Shown in pieces: positions 1-10,099 of a stretch of 64,000 nt of DNA (position 1 is its first letter; every line of letters starts with the position of its first letter). Source of the DNA: a virus. The stretch covers positions 1 to 64,000 of IMG/VR virus record IMGVR_UViG_3300022927_001391. The stretch is one strand, 5' to 3'. The translations under genes and the position numbers were made by a program. The notes under the pieces are model-generated. The model was given only the letters and a program-made list of their open reading frames with translations. It was not told where the DNA came from and made no database searches.

Positions 1-506
1 ACCATCTCTTTGATGCTAGTATAAAGTTCCCAGTACTCGCTGTCACCCACATCCTTAAAGAAATGTTCACTGAAGTCTGCTATACCTGTTGTTTGAGCAG
101 TAAGTTGGTTACGTTTATAATGATCAAAGATGGTCTCTTTAAAGTTCTTAAAAGCATCTAAAATAACATTTTGATCACGTTCATGTGTCCAGGGAGTTAT
201 AGTACACCAAGGACTTTCATGTTCATGGGTATCATATCTAAAACGAAACTCATAGCGACTAGGATAACTCCACATTACAGTTACAAATATGTCGTGCCCT
301 TGTTCTATGTGTTTTTGACATGCTGTCATAGTTCTACGTGCTATAGCACTGTTACCATGTCCTCCCCAGGCAGTACAGTCATAGCTCATGCCTAAATGAG
401 TTGCGAGGTTAGCAGCCCATGTATATTCACTAAAACTTTTCGGAGTGCAGTCGTCTAGTTCATTACCATAGGTAAAACTGTCACCGCCTGAGATTAAAAT
501 TGTCAT
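1..506 (-). CDS. SGNH/GDSL-hydrolase-like protein (3' end runs off window; absent from ORF track)
   Basis: Manual translation from ATG at 506: MTILISGGDSFTYGNEL...AWGGHGNSAIAR; open to position 1; similar N-terminus to 54664..55437. Confidence 0.7.
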   Translation of the reverse strand, partial: MTILISGGDSFTYGNELDDCTPKSFSEYTWAANLATHLGMSYDCTAWGGHGNSAIARRTMTACQKHIEQGHDIFVTVMWSYPSRYEFRFRYDTHEHESPWCTITPWTHERDQNVILDAFKNFKETIFDHYKRNQLTAQTTGIADFSEHFFKDVGDSEYWELYTSIKEM

Positions 507-534
507 TGATTATGTAACCATTATATGCTACTAT

Positions 535-542
535 TATAAATA
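535..542 (+). promoter_or_regulatory. T4-type late promoter TATAAATA
   Basis: Exact motif 15 nt upstream of ATG 558. Confidence 0.65.
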
Positions 543-557
543 TTTAGTGGAGTCGAA

Positions 558-1235
558 ATGAACCTTAAAATTCTTAATGAAGTAGAACACATGTTGCAAA
601 CTAGCCCACAGGCTGTTCGTAATCATGCAAAACTTAAACAATTAGTACGTGGCATATTTGATGTTGAACTGGAAAGTTCCAATTTTACAACAGTATATGA
701 GTTAACTGAAGAAATTGACAGACTAGTATTACACAAGTACTTTGGAGAAGTTTGGCAACCCGAAACTAAGAAGTTCAAATACAGTGGTCTTAAAGTTATT
801 GAAGAAGTTAATAGTCTTAATCCCCGCAATGTTCTAGACATTGGTTGTGGTTATAATGAATTTAAGGGTAAGATTCACAATCTGATTGGTATTGATCCCT
901 ATAATACGAATGCTGACTTGCAAGTTGATTTGCTAAGTTTTAATACTGAATTAAAATTTGATGTTGTCATTGCATTGGGCAGTATTAATTTCGGTAGCAC
1001 AGACAAAGTATTTTCTGAGCTTGAAAAGGCAGTAAGTCTTTGTGCGCCAGGCGCAGTAATGTTCTTTAGAGTTAATCCTGGTCATCAACATGACAAACCA
1101 GAAGCACGTTGGATTACATTCTACCCTTGGAACTCAAACTTTATTATTAACTGTGCAGATCATTTTAACGTAGATGTACTAGACCTACGTAACGATTCAA
1201 ATAATCGTATGTACTTTGTTTGGCGTACTAAATAA
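558..1235 (+). CDS. Class I SAM-dependent methyltransferase
   Basis: VLDIGCG motif I, FDVVIAL, PGAVMFF. Confidence 0.8.
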   Translation: MNLKILNEVEHMLQTSPQAVRNHAKLKQLVRGIFDVELESSNFTTVYELTEEIDRLVLHKYFGEVWQPETKKFKYSGLKVIEEVNSLNPRNVLDIGCGYNEFKGKIHNLIGIDPYNTNADLQVDLLSFNTELKFDVVIALGSINFGSTDKVFSELEKAVSLCAPGAVMFFRVNPGHQHDKPEARWITFYPWNSNFIINCADHFNVDVLDLRNDSNNRMYFVWRTK

Positions 1236-1290
1236 AGTTGGTAACGCAGACCGCGGTCTAGTTCACTGACTAATAATCAACAGGAAAATT

Positions 1291-1821
1291 ATGCTCCCTC
1301 GAAGACATTTCTTCACGGGTGTGCCTGGTAGTCGCTGGAGTGGCGTTAGCCAAGACATAGAGTCAAGCAGACTCTACGACACATCAGACCGCATACCCCA
1401 AAGAACATATACTCATAACCAATATTCCGGTCATGTTGGTGCTTACTTTGGCACCGGCATGGAATTTCCTGCCAGTTTGGATCCAGCTGTACTGGATGCT
1501 CCATACACTGGTTCAGGATGTCGTTTACATAAAAGTCACGAGTGGGCTTACATGCTGGATGATATCATCAAAACATATCCGGACTGTTGGATTACTTTAA
1601 TTTACAGACCTGATGCTGCCAGTTTCGAGTGGTGGAAGCAGGCTGGTGGTTGGGATATAAGTTATCCTAACTATGACTTTTATGTGGATGATGCTGGCAT
1701 GCAACAGCATATTAAGCTAATGAACGAAGCTATGCTAGAGTTTTCTCATCGTCACAACTTAGTATGGCACCATGTAGGGAAACACGCAGATATATTAAAA
1801 ACCACGTGGAAGGGGAAATAA
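1291..1821 (+). CDS. P-loop/sulfotransferase-like protein
   Basis: N-terminal FFTGVPGSRWSG, later KSH and LIYRP segments. Confidence 0.45.
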   Translation: MLPRRHFFTGVPGSRWSGVSQDIESSRLYDTSDRIPQRTYTHNQYSGHVGAYFGTGMEFPASLDPAVLDAPYTGSGCRLHKSHEWAYMLDDIIKTYPDCWITLIYRPDAASFEWWKQAGGWDISYPNYDFYVDDAGMQQHIKLMNEAMLEFSHRHNLVWHHVGKHADILKTTWKGK

Positions 1822-2552
1822 TGGATATTTCTTTAAACTATTTTGGCGGAAGTGGCGGGTTTTATGCATTATGGCATATTCTTTTAGGAACCAACTATAG
1901 ATGTGTGTTTGATATAGTTACATCAGAGGATATAAACAAAAAATACAATGTTTTAAGGGGAAGTGATTGGCCTGAAAAACTTAACGATGCTAGTGAAGAG
2001 AATGTTGATGCAGATTTATGGCCTGCAGTAAAAATGTTAAAAGAAGCTAAGATCTGGGAGTTAAAGCCCGATAATTTGTGTGTATATACAAATCACTGGA
2101 ATATTGAGAAAAAACAAGAATGGAAAAAAACAGAAATTTGGCCAGACAATGAAACGACAGCATCACTAAAATGTGATAAAGTCTTCTTTTACTGCAACCC
2201 AACTTTAGAAGACTGGGAAGCTAACAAAAATAATTTTAGAATATTTTTATATACAGATATTGAATTGCAATGGTTATTAGCTAAAAACAAAAGAGCATGG
2301 GCATTTGTTAACCCAACAAGAGATTTTAATAAAATGGCAAATCATGTAAAGTTTTTAAACTCTAATGTATATTACCAAATTCCAGAATATAAGGAAGGCG
2401 ATCTATACATTAAATTACAAGATATTGTGAAAACCAATGGTGGTGCAATATTAGAACCTCTTGGACATTCAGTAACGCAACGTAATATAGATCACAATAC
2501 AATGTGGTTGAATTTGCACAACGAAGAAGAAAGAAAACTACTAATAGTATAA
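1821..2552 (+). CDS. Hypothetical protein (possibly sulfotransferase-like fold)
   Basis: TAATG overlap with upstream stop; YFGGSGGF N-terminal loop. Confidence 0.5.
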   Translation: MDISLNYFGGSGGFYALWHILLGTNYRCVFDIVTSEDINKKYNVLRGSDWPEKLNDASEENVDADLWPAVKMLKEAKIWELKPDNLCVYTNHWNIEKKQEWKKTEIWPDNETTASLKCDKVFFYCNPTLEDWEANKNNFRIFLYTDIELQWLLAKNKRAWAFVNPTRDFNKMANHVKFLNSNVYYQIPEYKEGDLYIKLQDIVKTNGGAILEPLGHSVTQRNIDHNTMWLNLHNEEERKLLIV

Positions 2553-3976
2553 TGGAAACCCTGATAGCACTCATAGCCGGAACTCTTTACGGACTTGTAA
2601 TTGGCATTATACCAAGTGCAGGTGCTACTACTGGTTTGGTTGCATTGTTTGGCGTAATACATTACTTTGTTAGTGAGCCTTACTTGGGTGTAGTTTTTCT
2701 AATGGCAGTAGTAGCAGCAAGTACAACAGGCGACAGTTTTACAGGTATACTACTGGGAATACCGGGGGCTAATAGCGCAGCCGCTACAATGGTAGATGGC
2801 TTCCCATTAGCACAACAAGGTAGAGCAAGTTATGCTATCAGTGCCGCAGTAACCACAAGTACAGTAAATGGCGTGCTGTGGGGATGTTTAGTATTCCTAT
2901 TACTGCCATGGTATAGTAAGTTATTAATGATACTAGGCATACCTGAGCTTTGGGCATTTATGGTACTAGCACTAGCAACCGTAGGATTTGTTAGCACAAG
3001 TAATTGGATTAAAAGTATTATAGCAATAGCACTGGGCATATTCTTAGGACTAGTTGGCGTTAATCCAGAAACAAATGCTGCACGACTTACACTTGGATGG
3101 TTTTACTTACAAGATGGAATACAGTTAATGCCTGTAGTTGCTGGTTTGTTTGCTATTCCTGAACTCGTATATGGGTTACGCACAGGTCAAACAGCTCGTA
3201 TTGCTCGCAATGAACTTTGGCTAGGTGTTAGAGCAACATGGGAAAACCGTTGGCTTGCTTTACGCGGCGGTTTAATAGGTGCGTTCATTGGACTACTGCC
3301 TGGACTTGGCGGTGCTATGGCAGACTGGATGGCATATGGCAGTGCAGTAGCAGCCAATCCAAAAGAACAGTTTGGCAATGGTAACATCAAAGGTGTAATA
3401 GGACCAGAGGGTGCAAACAACGCACAAAAGGCAACTAGCATGATACCAACAGTGCTATTTGGTATACCTGGTGCTCCGTTTGCCGCAGTGTTAATGGCAT
3501 TGTTCATGTACCTGAACTTTGAATTGGGCACACCCGACATTGCAGCAGACAAAGAATTTTTTACTAGTATGAGTTTTGGGTTCTTAGCAGCAACAGTATT
3601 AGTTGCGCTACTTTGCTTAGTATTCATTAAACCTATCACACGTATTTGTACAGTACCCTACAAGTATTATTTTCCGTTCCTATTATTTGTTATCATATGG
3701 GCATGTATGCAGTACACAGGAACACTAGCAGATGTAGCAGTATTAGCAGCATTTAGCGTATTGGGCATGCTATGCAAACACTATAAGTTTAGCAGACCAG
3801 CACTACTAATGGCGTTTATACTAGCAGACAAGATTGAGAGTTTTACCCTACAACTCGCAAGTCTTTATTCAGTAGGGGATTTAATAACGAGACCTATCTT
3901 TATGGCAGTGATGCTGTTTACTGTAGGTATCTTCGCATATAGTTTAAAAAGGAAAGGATCCATCGATTATGCGTAA
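2552..3976 (+). CDS. tctA: Tripartite tricarboxylate transporter large permease (TctA family)
   Basis: Multi-TM; GIIPSAG, LLGIPG..AAATMVDGFPLAQQG, GPEGANNA..IPTVLFGIPG; start moved to ATG 2552 (TAATG overlap). Confidence 0.9.
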   Translation: METLIALIAGTLYGLVIGIIPSAGATTGLVALFGVIHYFVSEPYLGVVFLMAVVAASTTGDSFTGILLGIPGANSAAATMVDGFPLAQQGRASYAISAAVTTSTVNGVLWGCLVFLLLPWYSKLLMILGIPELWAFMVLALATVGFVSTSNWIKSIIAIALGIFLGLVGVNPETNAARLTLGWFYLQDGIQLMPVVAGLFAIPELVYGLRTGQTARIARNELWLGVRATWENRWLALRGGLIGAFIGLLPGLGGAMADWMAYGSAVAANPKEQFGNGNIKGVIGPEGANNAQKATSMIPTVLFGIPGAPFAAVLMALFMYLNFELGTPDIAADKEFFTSMSFGFLAATVLVALLCLVFIKPITRICTVPYKYYFPFLLFVIIWACMQYTGTLADVAVLAAFSVLGMLCKHYKFSRPALLMAFILADKIESFTLQLASLYSVGDLITRPIFMAVMLFTVGIFAYSLKRKGSIDYA

Positions 3977-5012
3977 ATTATTTTTAGCACTCACGGTCAT
4001 GCTATTTGCAACACCAGCACTAGCAGACTACACACTTATTGTACCACAAAAGCCAGGTGGCGGTACAAGCGTCTGGGCACAGATTGTTGCTGCAGAATGG
4101 GAAAAGCACTTAGGCGAAAAGATTGTCATCAAGCACATTCCAGGTGCTCGTGACATTCCAGGCTTTAATGAGTACCACAATAACTTACAGAACGACCCAA
4201 AGACAATTATGGTATCACATGGTGGTAACGGTGTAAGTTTCCTACAGGAACAAGTAGATTACAACTATGCTGACTATGACAGTATAGGACTTATGAACTT
4301 GAATATTATTGCAGGTATCCGCAAGGACTATAAGGAGGGCGATAAGATCAAGTTCGCAGCAGGATCAGGCATGGTGCCAGAAGGACTTGCTATTGCACAG
4401 TTACTATGCGGTAACCTTAAGAGTATTGACGAGTATACAGCATGCTTTAAGAATAAGGTTGTATGGGTACCAGGTATGAGCGGCGGCGATCGCAGATTAG
4501 CTTTCAAGCGTGGCGAGCTAAATGGTACTAGAGAGAATCCAGCAGCATACAAAAAGCATGTTGAATCCAATCCTGATGCACAACTTTGGTTTACACACGG
4601 CATTCTACAAAAGGATGGCTCACATGCTGACGATCCAAACTATCCAGGCTATCAGTTCGAGATCCTATTTGAAAAGCAGTGGGGTGAGAAGCCCGACAAT
4701 GTTCTGTATCCTGCTTACAAGCTAGTCAAGAGTTTCCGTGATGGCTTACAAAAAGCACTATGGGTAGGCAAAGGCAATCCAAACATAGACCATTTGCGTA
4801 AGACACTTACAGCAATGACACGTGATCCAGCTAGTGTAAAGGCTATTCAAGCAAAAGTTGGTGACTATGAATGGCTAGTAGGTGTTGCTGGCAATCAACA
4901 GCGCGACACACTGATGACATTTGTTACAGCAGATGCCCTGAAAACACTTGTACAGTTCAACACAAGTGCTTTTGGACTTAAGAGTGTTTACAAACCTGAA
5001 CTAATAAAGTAA
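3969..5012 (+). CDS. tctC: TTT substrate-binding protein (TctC/Bug-like)
   Basis: Signal peptide (ALA-D), LIVPQKPGGGT, HIPGA; follows tctA. Confidence 0.8.
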   Translation: MRKLFLALTVMLFATPALADYTLIVPQKPGGGTSVWAQIVAAEWEKHLGEKIVIKHIPGARDIPGFNEYHNNLQNDPKTIMVSHGGNGVSFLQEQVDYNYADYDSIGLMNLNIIAGIRKDYKEGDKIKFAAGSGMVPEGLAIAQLLCGNLKSIDEYTACFKNKVVWVPGMSGGDRRLAFKRGELNGTRENPAAYKKHVESNPDAQLWFTHGILQKDGSHADDPNYPGYQFEILFEKQWGEKPDNVLYPAYKLVKSFRDGLQKALWVGKGNPNIDHLRKTLTAMTRDPASVKAIQAKVGDYEWLVGVAGNQQRDTLMTFVTADALKTLVQFNTSAFGLKSVYKPELIK

Positions 5013-5752
5013 TGAAAAATCAAACTAATAATAAGAAGCCATTAGCTGATCCCAATCAGTATAGTAGTAGTTGGGCATGGACACGAGCACATAGTGAATA
5101 CCATTTCAACAACAATATACAAGATCAGTATGGTGATTGGTTTGAAATTTTAGGAACTTTCCAGGGAGACTGGTCTACTGAACGTGATAATCTTATTGCT
5201 GGCAGTAGACCAGTTACTTGGGCAAGTAGAAAATATTATGACTTAATAAAAAGAATTTCTCCCATGCTTACTCAGGAAGAGTATGACATACAGCAGGCAG
5301 GAGTAGATCCTACTACATTAGAATTAACCAATATAGTAGATGACTGGGAAGAATATCCTACTCTATATAAAATGATGGACTATTTTGGATTAGAAGTTTT
5401 AGGTCCTGAACTTGGTATGAAGAAAAGAGCCCACATACAACTCACCGGGCAGATGTTTAACTATCATATAGACAAGTTATGGGATAGATGTCCCCAAGAT
5501 CCAGAACGTGTATGCCGTATTACTATAATGTTAGATGACTGGCAACCCGGGCAGTTTTACATGTATGGCAATTATCTATATAGTAAGTGGAAAGCAGGTG
5601 AGGCACATATATTTGATTGGGCTAGTGTTCCACATGCTACAGCAAACGCAAGTAATAGTCCTAGGGTAATATTACAAGTAACTGGTTTAAAAACTAATCG
5701 TACTAGAGAAATATTGGCTACAGCAAGCAAGGATAGAGTTTTTACTTTATGA
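5012..5752 (+). CDS. 2OG-Fe(II) oxygenase (Asp/Asn beta-hydroxylase-like)
   Basis: HID...PHATANAS..RVILQVTG. Confidence 0.7.
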   Translation: MKNQTNNKKPLADPNQYSSSWAWTRAHSEYHFNNNIQDQYGDWFEILGTFQGDWSTERDNLIAGSRPVTWASRKYYDLIKRISPMLTQEEYDIQQAGVDPTTLELTNIVDDWEEYPTLYKMMDYFGLEVLGPELGMKKRAHIQLTGQMFNYHIDKLWDRCPQDPERVCRITIMLDDWQPGQFYMYGNYLYSKWKAGEAHIFDWASVPHATANASNSPRVILQVTGLKTNRTREILATASKDRVFTL

Positions 5753-5976
5753 AAGAACATATAGTTTACATAAAGTATGCAAGTGCAGTAACTATCCTTT
5801 GTGCGATGGTCCTGCACGTTGCAGGTATTACTCCCTGGAATAGTATCCTACAAATGTTAGGCGCAAGTGGATGGGTATATGTAGGCTGGCGTTGGAACGA
5901 AAAGGCGCTCATCTTAAACTTCTTACCACAGTTTGCTATTATCATACCTATGCTAGTATACCTTTATTTCTTATAA
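5749..5976 (+). CDS. Small 3-TM membrane protein
   Basis: Hydrophobic 75 aa; resembles 29358..29582. Confidence 0.6.
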   Translation: MKEHIVYIKYASAVTILCAMVLHVAGITPWNSILQMLGASGWVYVGWRWNEKALILNFLPQFAIIIPMLVYLYFL

Positions 5977-5979
5977 ATA
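5972..5979 (+). promoter_or_regulatory. T4-type late promoter TATAAATA
   Basis: Exact motif upstream of 6004. Confidence 0.65.
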
Positions 5980-6003
5980 CACTATATACAAGGCAATATA
6001 CCC

Positions 6004-6528
6004 ATGGATGTTTTAGATATCGTTAAAAATAGCAAGCACATTTATATGAGCGAGAGCGCACTAGAGATTCTAACAGACTACGAAAGAGTGTTAGATGATC
6101 TAGACCTTTATGCTTTCAAGAACTGGAAACAGGGCGAGCTCGTAGAAGGTCCAATTAACAAGCGTTATTGGGTAGAATGCACATTTATGTGGCCCGAGCG
6201 TCTTATGCCCGATCCAGACGGTGCCCGTAGACTGTTAGACTATCGTGCAAAAGTTGAATACAGTAAGGATAAATTAACATCTCCTGTAAAAATTGAATCT
6301 CCTGATGACTATCGTCCTGGTACTCGTAAACCCGATCTCAAGGAAGAACCTGTTTGGCTAGTTAAAATTAGCATCCCCAGTGAGCTAATTACAGACTTTA
6401 AGCAAGGATTTATGGAACTAGAGGGACAGGAAATCGATCTTCAGGATATTGAAGATTCAGAGCAAGAGGAACTTGACGATACAAATAGTATGGAAGTACC
6501 AGGCGCTGAAGAGGAAACCAATGTATAA
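6004..6528 (+). CDS. Hypothetical protein, acidic C-terminus
   Basis: ORF after late promoter. Confidence 0.65.
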   Translation: MDVLDIVKNSKHIYMSESALEILTDYERVLDDLDLYAFKNWKQGELVEGPINKRYWVECTFMWPERLMPDPDGARRLLDYRAKVEYSKDKLTSPVKIESPDDYRPGTRKPDLKEEPVWLVKISIPSELITDFKQGFMELEGQEIDLQDIEDSEQEELDDTNSMEVPGAEEETNV

Positions 6529-7069
6529 GATTGTAGAAAACCTAGAAACACAAGACCTCGAGGGTAGAATCAGCCCAGTTATTCATTTTGATCAGTATGT
6601 TCCTAAAATGAGCAATGAAGATGAAGTTATTGTTAGTAGCTTCCGTGTATTTGGCAAGCATCCGGCAATCGATCTAGAGAACTTTATTGAAAAGGGGTAT
6701 GGTTGGGTATTGGATGCTGAAACATCGCCTGGTGAACTGAGTGAAGGTGATTACCTGGTATTCGTAGAAGCCAAGCGTCGTACCTATTTCGTAAGTGAGT
6801 TTATGAGTCTATTGGAAGACCTTAAGAATATTTGTGATGTCAAAGAGTGGCAAATGGTTTATTATAGTACACAACTAGATGAGCGTCACGTAAAGCCAGA
6901 GCCTGTCACAGAACAATCACTGAATACTATCCCACTAAGTCCGCGTGCTTACAGAGAAAGAAAAGCATCAAATAACGTTTTAGAGAGTATGCTAAACATA
7001 GCAAGAGTTCCAAGAAAACAGGGAGATATCGATGGATTTAAACCGTTTAAGAGAAGATTTAGAGACTGA
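6521..7069 (+). CDS. Hypothetical protein
   Basis: ATG 6521 after GAGG RBS, overlapping upstream gene end. Confidence 0.65.
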   Translation: MYKIVENLETQDLEGRISPVIHFDQYVPKMSNEDEVIVSSFRVFGKHPAIDLENFIEKGYGWVLDAETSPGELSEGDYLVFVEAKRRTYFVSEFMSLLEDLKNICDVKEWQMVYYSTQLDERHVKPEPVTEQSLNTIPLSPRAYRERKASNNVLESMLNIARVPRKQGDIDGFKPFKRRFRD

Positions 7070-7478
7070 CGAAGGTGTTAAGTACGAGATCTATTTGGAT
7101 CATCTTGGCTATCCTACTTTTGGGATCGGGCACCTTATTCGCGAAAATGACCCCGAACACGGATGGGAAGTCGGAACAGAAATATCAGAGTCTAGAGTGG
7201 CTGAAGCCTTCGAGCAAGATGTCCAAACAGTCCTGTCAGACTGCAACACACTTTATCCAGACTTCGACGATTTGCCAGAAGAAGCTCAACTCGTTATAGC
7301 AAACATGATGTTTAATCTAGGCTATCCACGTTTAAGTGCTTTCAAGGGTATGAAGGCGGGTGTTGATGCACGAGATTGGAATCGTGCAGCAGACGAAATG
7401 ATCGACAGTCGTTGGTACAAGCAGGTTACTAATCGTGCACAAAGGCTTGTAGATCGCATCCGTGCACTAGCATCTTAA
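7032..7478 (+). CDS. T4-lysozyme-like endolysin (GH24)
   Basis: DEG...YLDHLGYPTFGIGH catalytic E-D-T region; NMMFNLG; SRWYKQV..RA. Confidence 0.9.
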   Translation: MDLNRLREDLETDEGVKYEIYLDHLGYPTFGIGHLIRENDPEHGWEVGTEISESRVAEAFEQDVQTVLSDCNTLYPDFDDLPEEAQLVIANMMFNLGYPRLSAFKGMKAGVDARDWNRAADEMIDSRWYKQVTNRAQRLVDRIRALAS

Positions 7479-7513
7479 TAGTAAATTTTAACGTCTATAC
7501 GTCTGTATAATTC

Positions 7514-7521
7514 TATAAATA
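7514..7521 (+). promoter_or_regulatory. T4-type late promoter TATAAATA
   Basis: Exact motif upstream of spanin genes. Confidence 0.65.
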
Positions 7522-7540
7522 CAGCTATAGGAAGAAGATC

Positions 7541-8029
7541 ATGGGTTTAAAACTAGCAGGCATAATGTTTATACTAATGCTCGCAATGGGCGGAGGTGCT
7601 TATTGGTATTATACGGATACACAAGAGCGCATGCGTGTACTTGCGGAAAACAATGCCAAGCTAGAGATTGCTGTTCAAACACAACAGCAGGCTATAGAAC
7701 AGCAGAAGAAAGACATAGCCGCTGTTAATGCAGAAAAAAATGCACTTAACGCTGAGTTCCAAGCTAGCAGACAACAGGTTGAAGATCTCAGAGGTAAATT
7801 TAATAAAACAAGTAAGTTACTTGGTCAGCGTGACATTGGAGAACGTGCTATTGCAAAACCTGGACTTATAGAAAAGGTAATAAGCAAAGGCAGTAACAAT
7901 GTTATGCGCTGTTTTGAAATACTAAGTGGTGCTCCGCGCACCGAGAAGGAAGAAAATGCTGAGAAGAAAAGTCAGATCAACAGTATGTGCCCTGACGTGG
8001 CCAATCCTCACTACATTCCTACTCCTTAG
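7541..8029 (+). CDS. Inner-membrane spanin (Rz-like)
   Basis: N-terminal TM, long coiled coil, C-terminal Cys residues; next to lysozyme. Confidence 0.7.
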   Translation: MGLKLAGIMFILMLAMGGGAYWYYTDTQERMRVLAENNAKLEIAVQTQQQAIEQQKKDIAAVNAEKNALNAEFQASRQQVEDLRGKFNKTSKLLGQRDIGERAIAKPGLIEKVISKGSNNVMRCFEILSGAPRTEKEENAEKKSQINSMCPDVANPHYIPTP

Positions 8030-8438
8030 TTTGTCGGCATGTGGCTCAAGTGTTAAGCCAATTCAAATAGTTAGCGCACCACTAGAGCGTGTTCCACTTG
8101 ACTTACCACCAGTAGATGTGTTAAAGTTAGACGATGTCAATTGGATAATCGTAACAGAAGAGAATGTTCAATCAGTTTGGGAAGACCTTGAAAAGAAAAA
8201 GTACAGCGTAGTAATATTTGGACTTACTGACAAAGGCTACGAAGATCTAAGTGTAAACGTTGCTAAACTAAAGAAGCTAGTGCAGCAACAAAAAGCAGTA
8301 ATAGCAGCATATAAAAAGTATTATGAACAAACAGACAAGGCAGTAGAAGAGCGAAATAAAAAAATTGATGAAGAAAAAAATAACGTAAATAATAATGATA
8401 CGTCCATCTTTGATGGTATTAAAGGACTATTTAAATGA
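7956..8438 (+). CDS. Outer-membrane lipoprotein spanin (Rz1-like)
   Basis: Lipobox LSAC, Pro-rich region, overlaps i-spanin 3' end; ATG 7956 after AAGGA. Confidence 0.7.
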   Translation: MLRRKVRSTVCALTWPILTTFLLLSLSACGSSVKPIQIVSAPLERVPLDLPPVDVLKLDDVNWIIVTEENVQSVWEDLEKKKYSVVIFGLTDKGYEDLSVNVAKLKKLVQQQKAVIAAYKKYYEQTDKAVEERNKKIDEEKNNVNNNDTSIFDGIKGLFK

Positions 8439-8779
8439 AAAAATATGTAATTACAGGAATTGCAGCAGCAGCAGTTATTGCAGCAGGCAGCGCAACCTAT
8501 GCAGCAATGGGAGACGATTGCGGCTATGATGATAAAGGCTACTTCCACAGCGGTGGCAAGGTTTATGCTATGGGTACAATGAATGATGCTCAAGCATGTG
8601 CGGCCAAGGGTATCCTACCAGAAATAGTAGCCAAGCGTTTAGGTAAATGGGGCGATGCAGCCACTAAAAAGGAAGCACAAGCCATTAAGGATCTAGATGC
8701 AAAAGTAAAGGCTGAGAAAGAAGCAGCCAAGAAAGCAGCAGCAGAAGCAGCCAAAGCAAAAGCATTAGAAAGCAAGTAA
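8435..8779 (+). CDS. Secreted small protein with Ala/Lys-rich tail
   Basis: Signal peptide, two Cys. Confidence 0.6.
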   Translation: MKKYVITGIAAAAVIAAGSATYAAMGDDCGYDDKGYFHSGGKVYAMGTMNDAQACAAKGILPEIVAKRLGKWGDAATKKEAQAIKDLDAKVKAEKEAAKKAAAEAAKAKALESK

Positions 8780-8973
8780 TGACAATAGCAATAGGCGGGC
8801 CATATTGTCAAAACTGTGGCCGCCCAAGCCATTGTGGCGGCCCATATTATGAAGACTTTCGTAATTGGAAGCATGAGCATATGGGACAAATTAAAGTATG
8901 TGATAGTTGTAGATGCGAGTCATGCGCTCGCTCTAGTTATGATCTACCACCTCCGGGAGATACTGGGTGTTAA
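8779..8973 (+). CDS. Small Cys-rich (Zn-finger-like) protein
   Basis: CxxC...HC...CxxCxCxxC; translationally coupled. Confidence 0.55.
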   Translation: MTIAIGGPYCQNCGRPSHCGGPYYEDFRNWKHEHMGQIKVCDSCRCESCARSSYDLPPPGDTGC

Positions 8974-9182
8974 ATTTTCGTCATCCAGGTGATGTTGGAC
9001 AAAGTTATTTTCAGCATTTACTATTTGCACTAATAGAAGCAGTTAGGTGTATTGTGGTTGGAATATTGCTTATAATTCATGCTGTATTTCCGTTTGTATT
9101 TGATTACATTTACAGCAATCATATACGTAAAGCCAGTGAACGCATTAGTAAATTTGATAGGAAAAATGGAGATTCTAAATGA
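8967..9182 (+). CDS. Small membrane protein
   Basis: SYFQHLLFA...IIHAVFPF hydrophobic segment. Confidence 0.55.
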   Translation: MLNFRHPGDVGQSYFQHLLFALIEAVRCIVVGILLIIHAVFPFVFDYIYSNHIRKASERISKFDRKNGDSK

Positions 9183-10099
9183 ACGAACAAGGTTTACAAG
9201 AGAAATTAGCAACAGGATATAAAGTAGAAGACCCTGATGAGATGACACCACGTTATCGTGACGTTCTTGTAAATACTATTCATATTGCAGCAGACTTAGA
9301 AGTAGTAACACTGCCAACATATTTTCCTGCTATTAAAAACTCACCTACACTAGAAGATAAACTAGCAGTTGCAGCAGCTTGTCAGGACGAACTTGGACAT
9401 GCACAAGTTATGTACAGACTTCTGGAAGACTTTGGGTATGACACACACGAATTTTTGTTTGAGCGTGATCCAGAAGAATGGCGTACATTCCAAATGTTAG
9501 AATTCCCCCACGAAGACTATATCGAAACTGTAGTAAGTATGTGTTATGGCGATAGAGCGGGGTACATTACAACTGTTGACCTAGAAGAGAATTGCAGTTA
9601 CGCACCTCTTGCACGTGGTTTACGCAAAGTAAACTTTGAAGAAACCTTCCATGTTAGTCATGGAGAACGCTGGACAAAGTTCTTTTGGAATAAAGATGAA
9701 GACAGTAGACGAAGAGTGCAGGAGTGCGTTGACTTTTATTTCCCATTATGTGCTGCATGGTTTGGTTTGCCAGATGAACATAAGACAAGAACAGATCAAC
9801 AGACTTACAGAATTCGTGGCGGAACAAATGACGAGATGCGTCAGATTTGGTTAAGTAGAGTTGTTCCCTTTAGTGAAGAAGTTGGAATTAAAGTTCCAGC
9901 TCACTATGATGCAGAACTAGGCAAGTTTGTGTTAGATTATACTGCTCCTATACGTTTAAATGAAGATACACGTAAATGGGACTATGAAGACACAATGACC
10001 TGGGAAGAGCAACTAGCTATTTGGAAACGTGGCAGCAAGCACAAAATTCCTAGTATCACAGAGGTTCAAACAGAAACTTGGGGTACAGAGCTCTGGTGA
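9179..10099 (+). CDS. paaA: Phenylacetyl-CoA epoxidase PaaA/PaaC-family ferritin-like di-iron protein
   Basis: SPTLEDK..QDELGH, CSYAPLARGL..EETFH, WFG motifs; both ExxH ligand sets intact (PaaA-like). Confidence 0.8.
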   Translation: MNEQGLQEKLATGYKVEDPDEMTPRYRDVLVNTIHIAADLEVVTLPTYFPAIKNSPTLEDKLAVAAACQDELGHAQVMYRLLEDFGYDTHEFLFERDPEEWRTFQMLEFPHEDYIETVVSMCYGDRAGYITTVDLEENCSYAPLARGLRKVNFEETFHVSHGERWTKFFWNKDEDSRRRVQECVDFYFPLCAAWFGLPDEHKTRTDQQTYRIRGGTNDEMRQIWLSRVVPFSEEVGIKVPAHYDAELGKFVLDYTAPIRLNEDTRKWDYEDTMTWEEQLAIWKRGSKHKIPSITEVQTETWGTELW

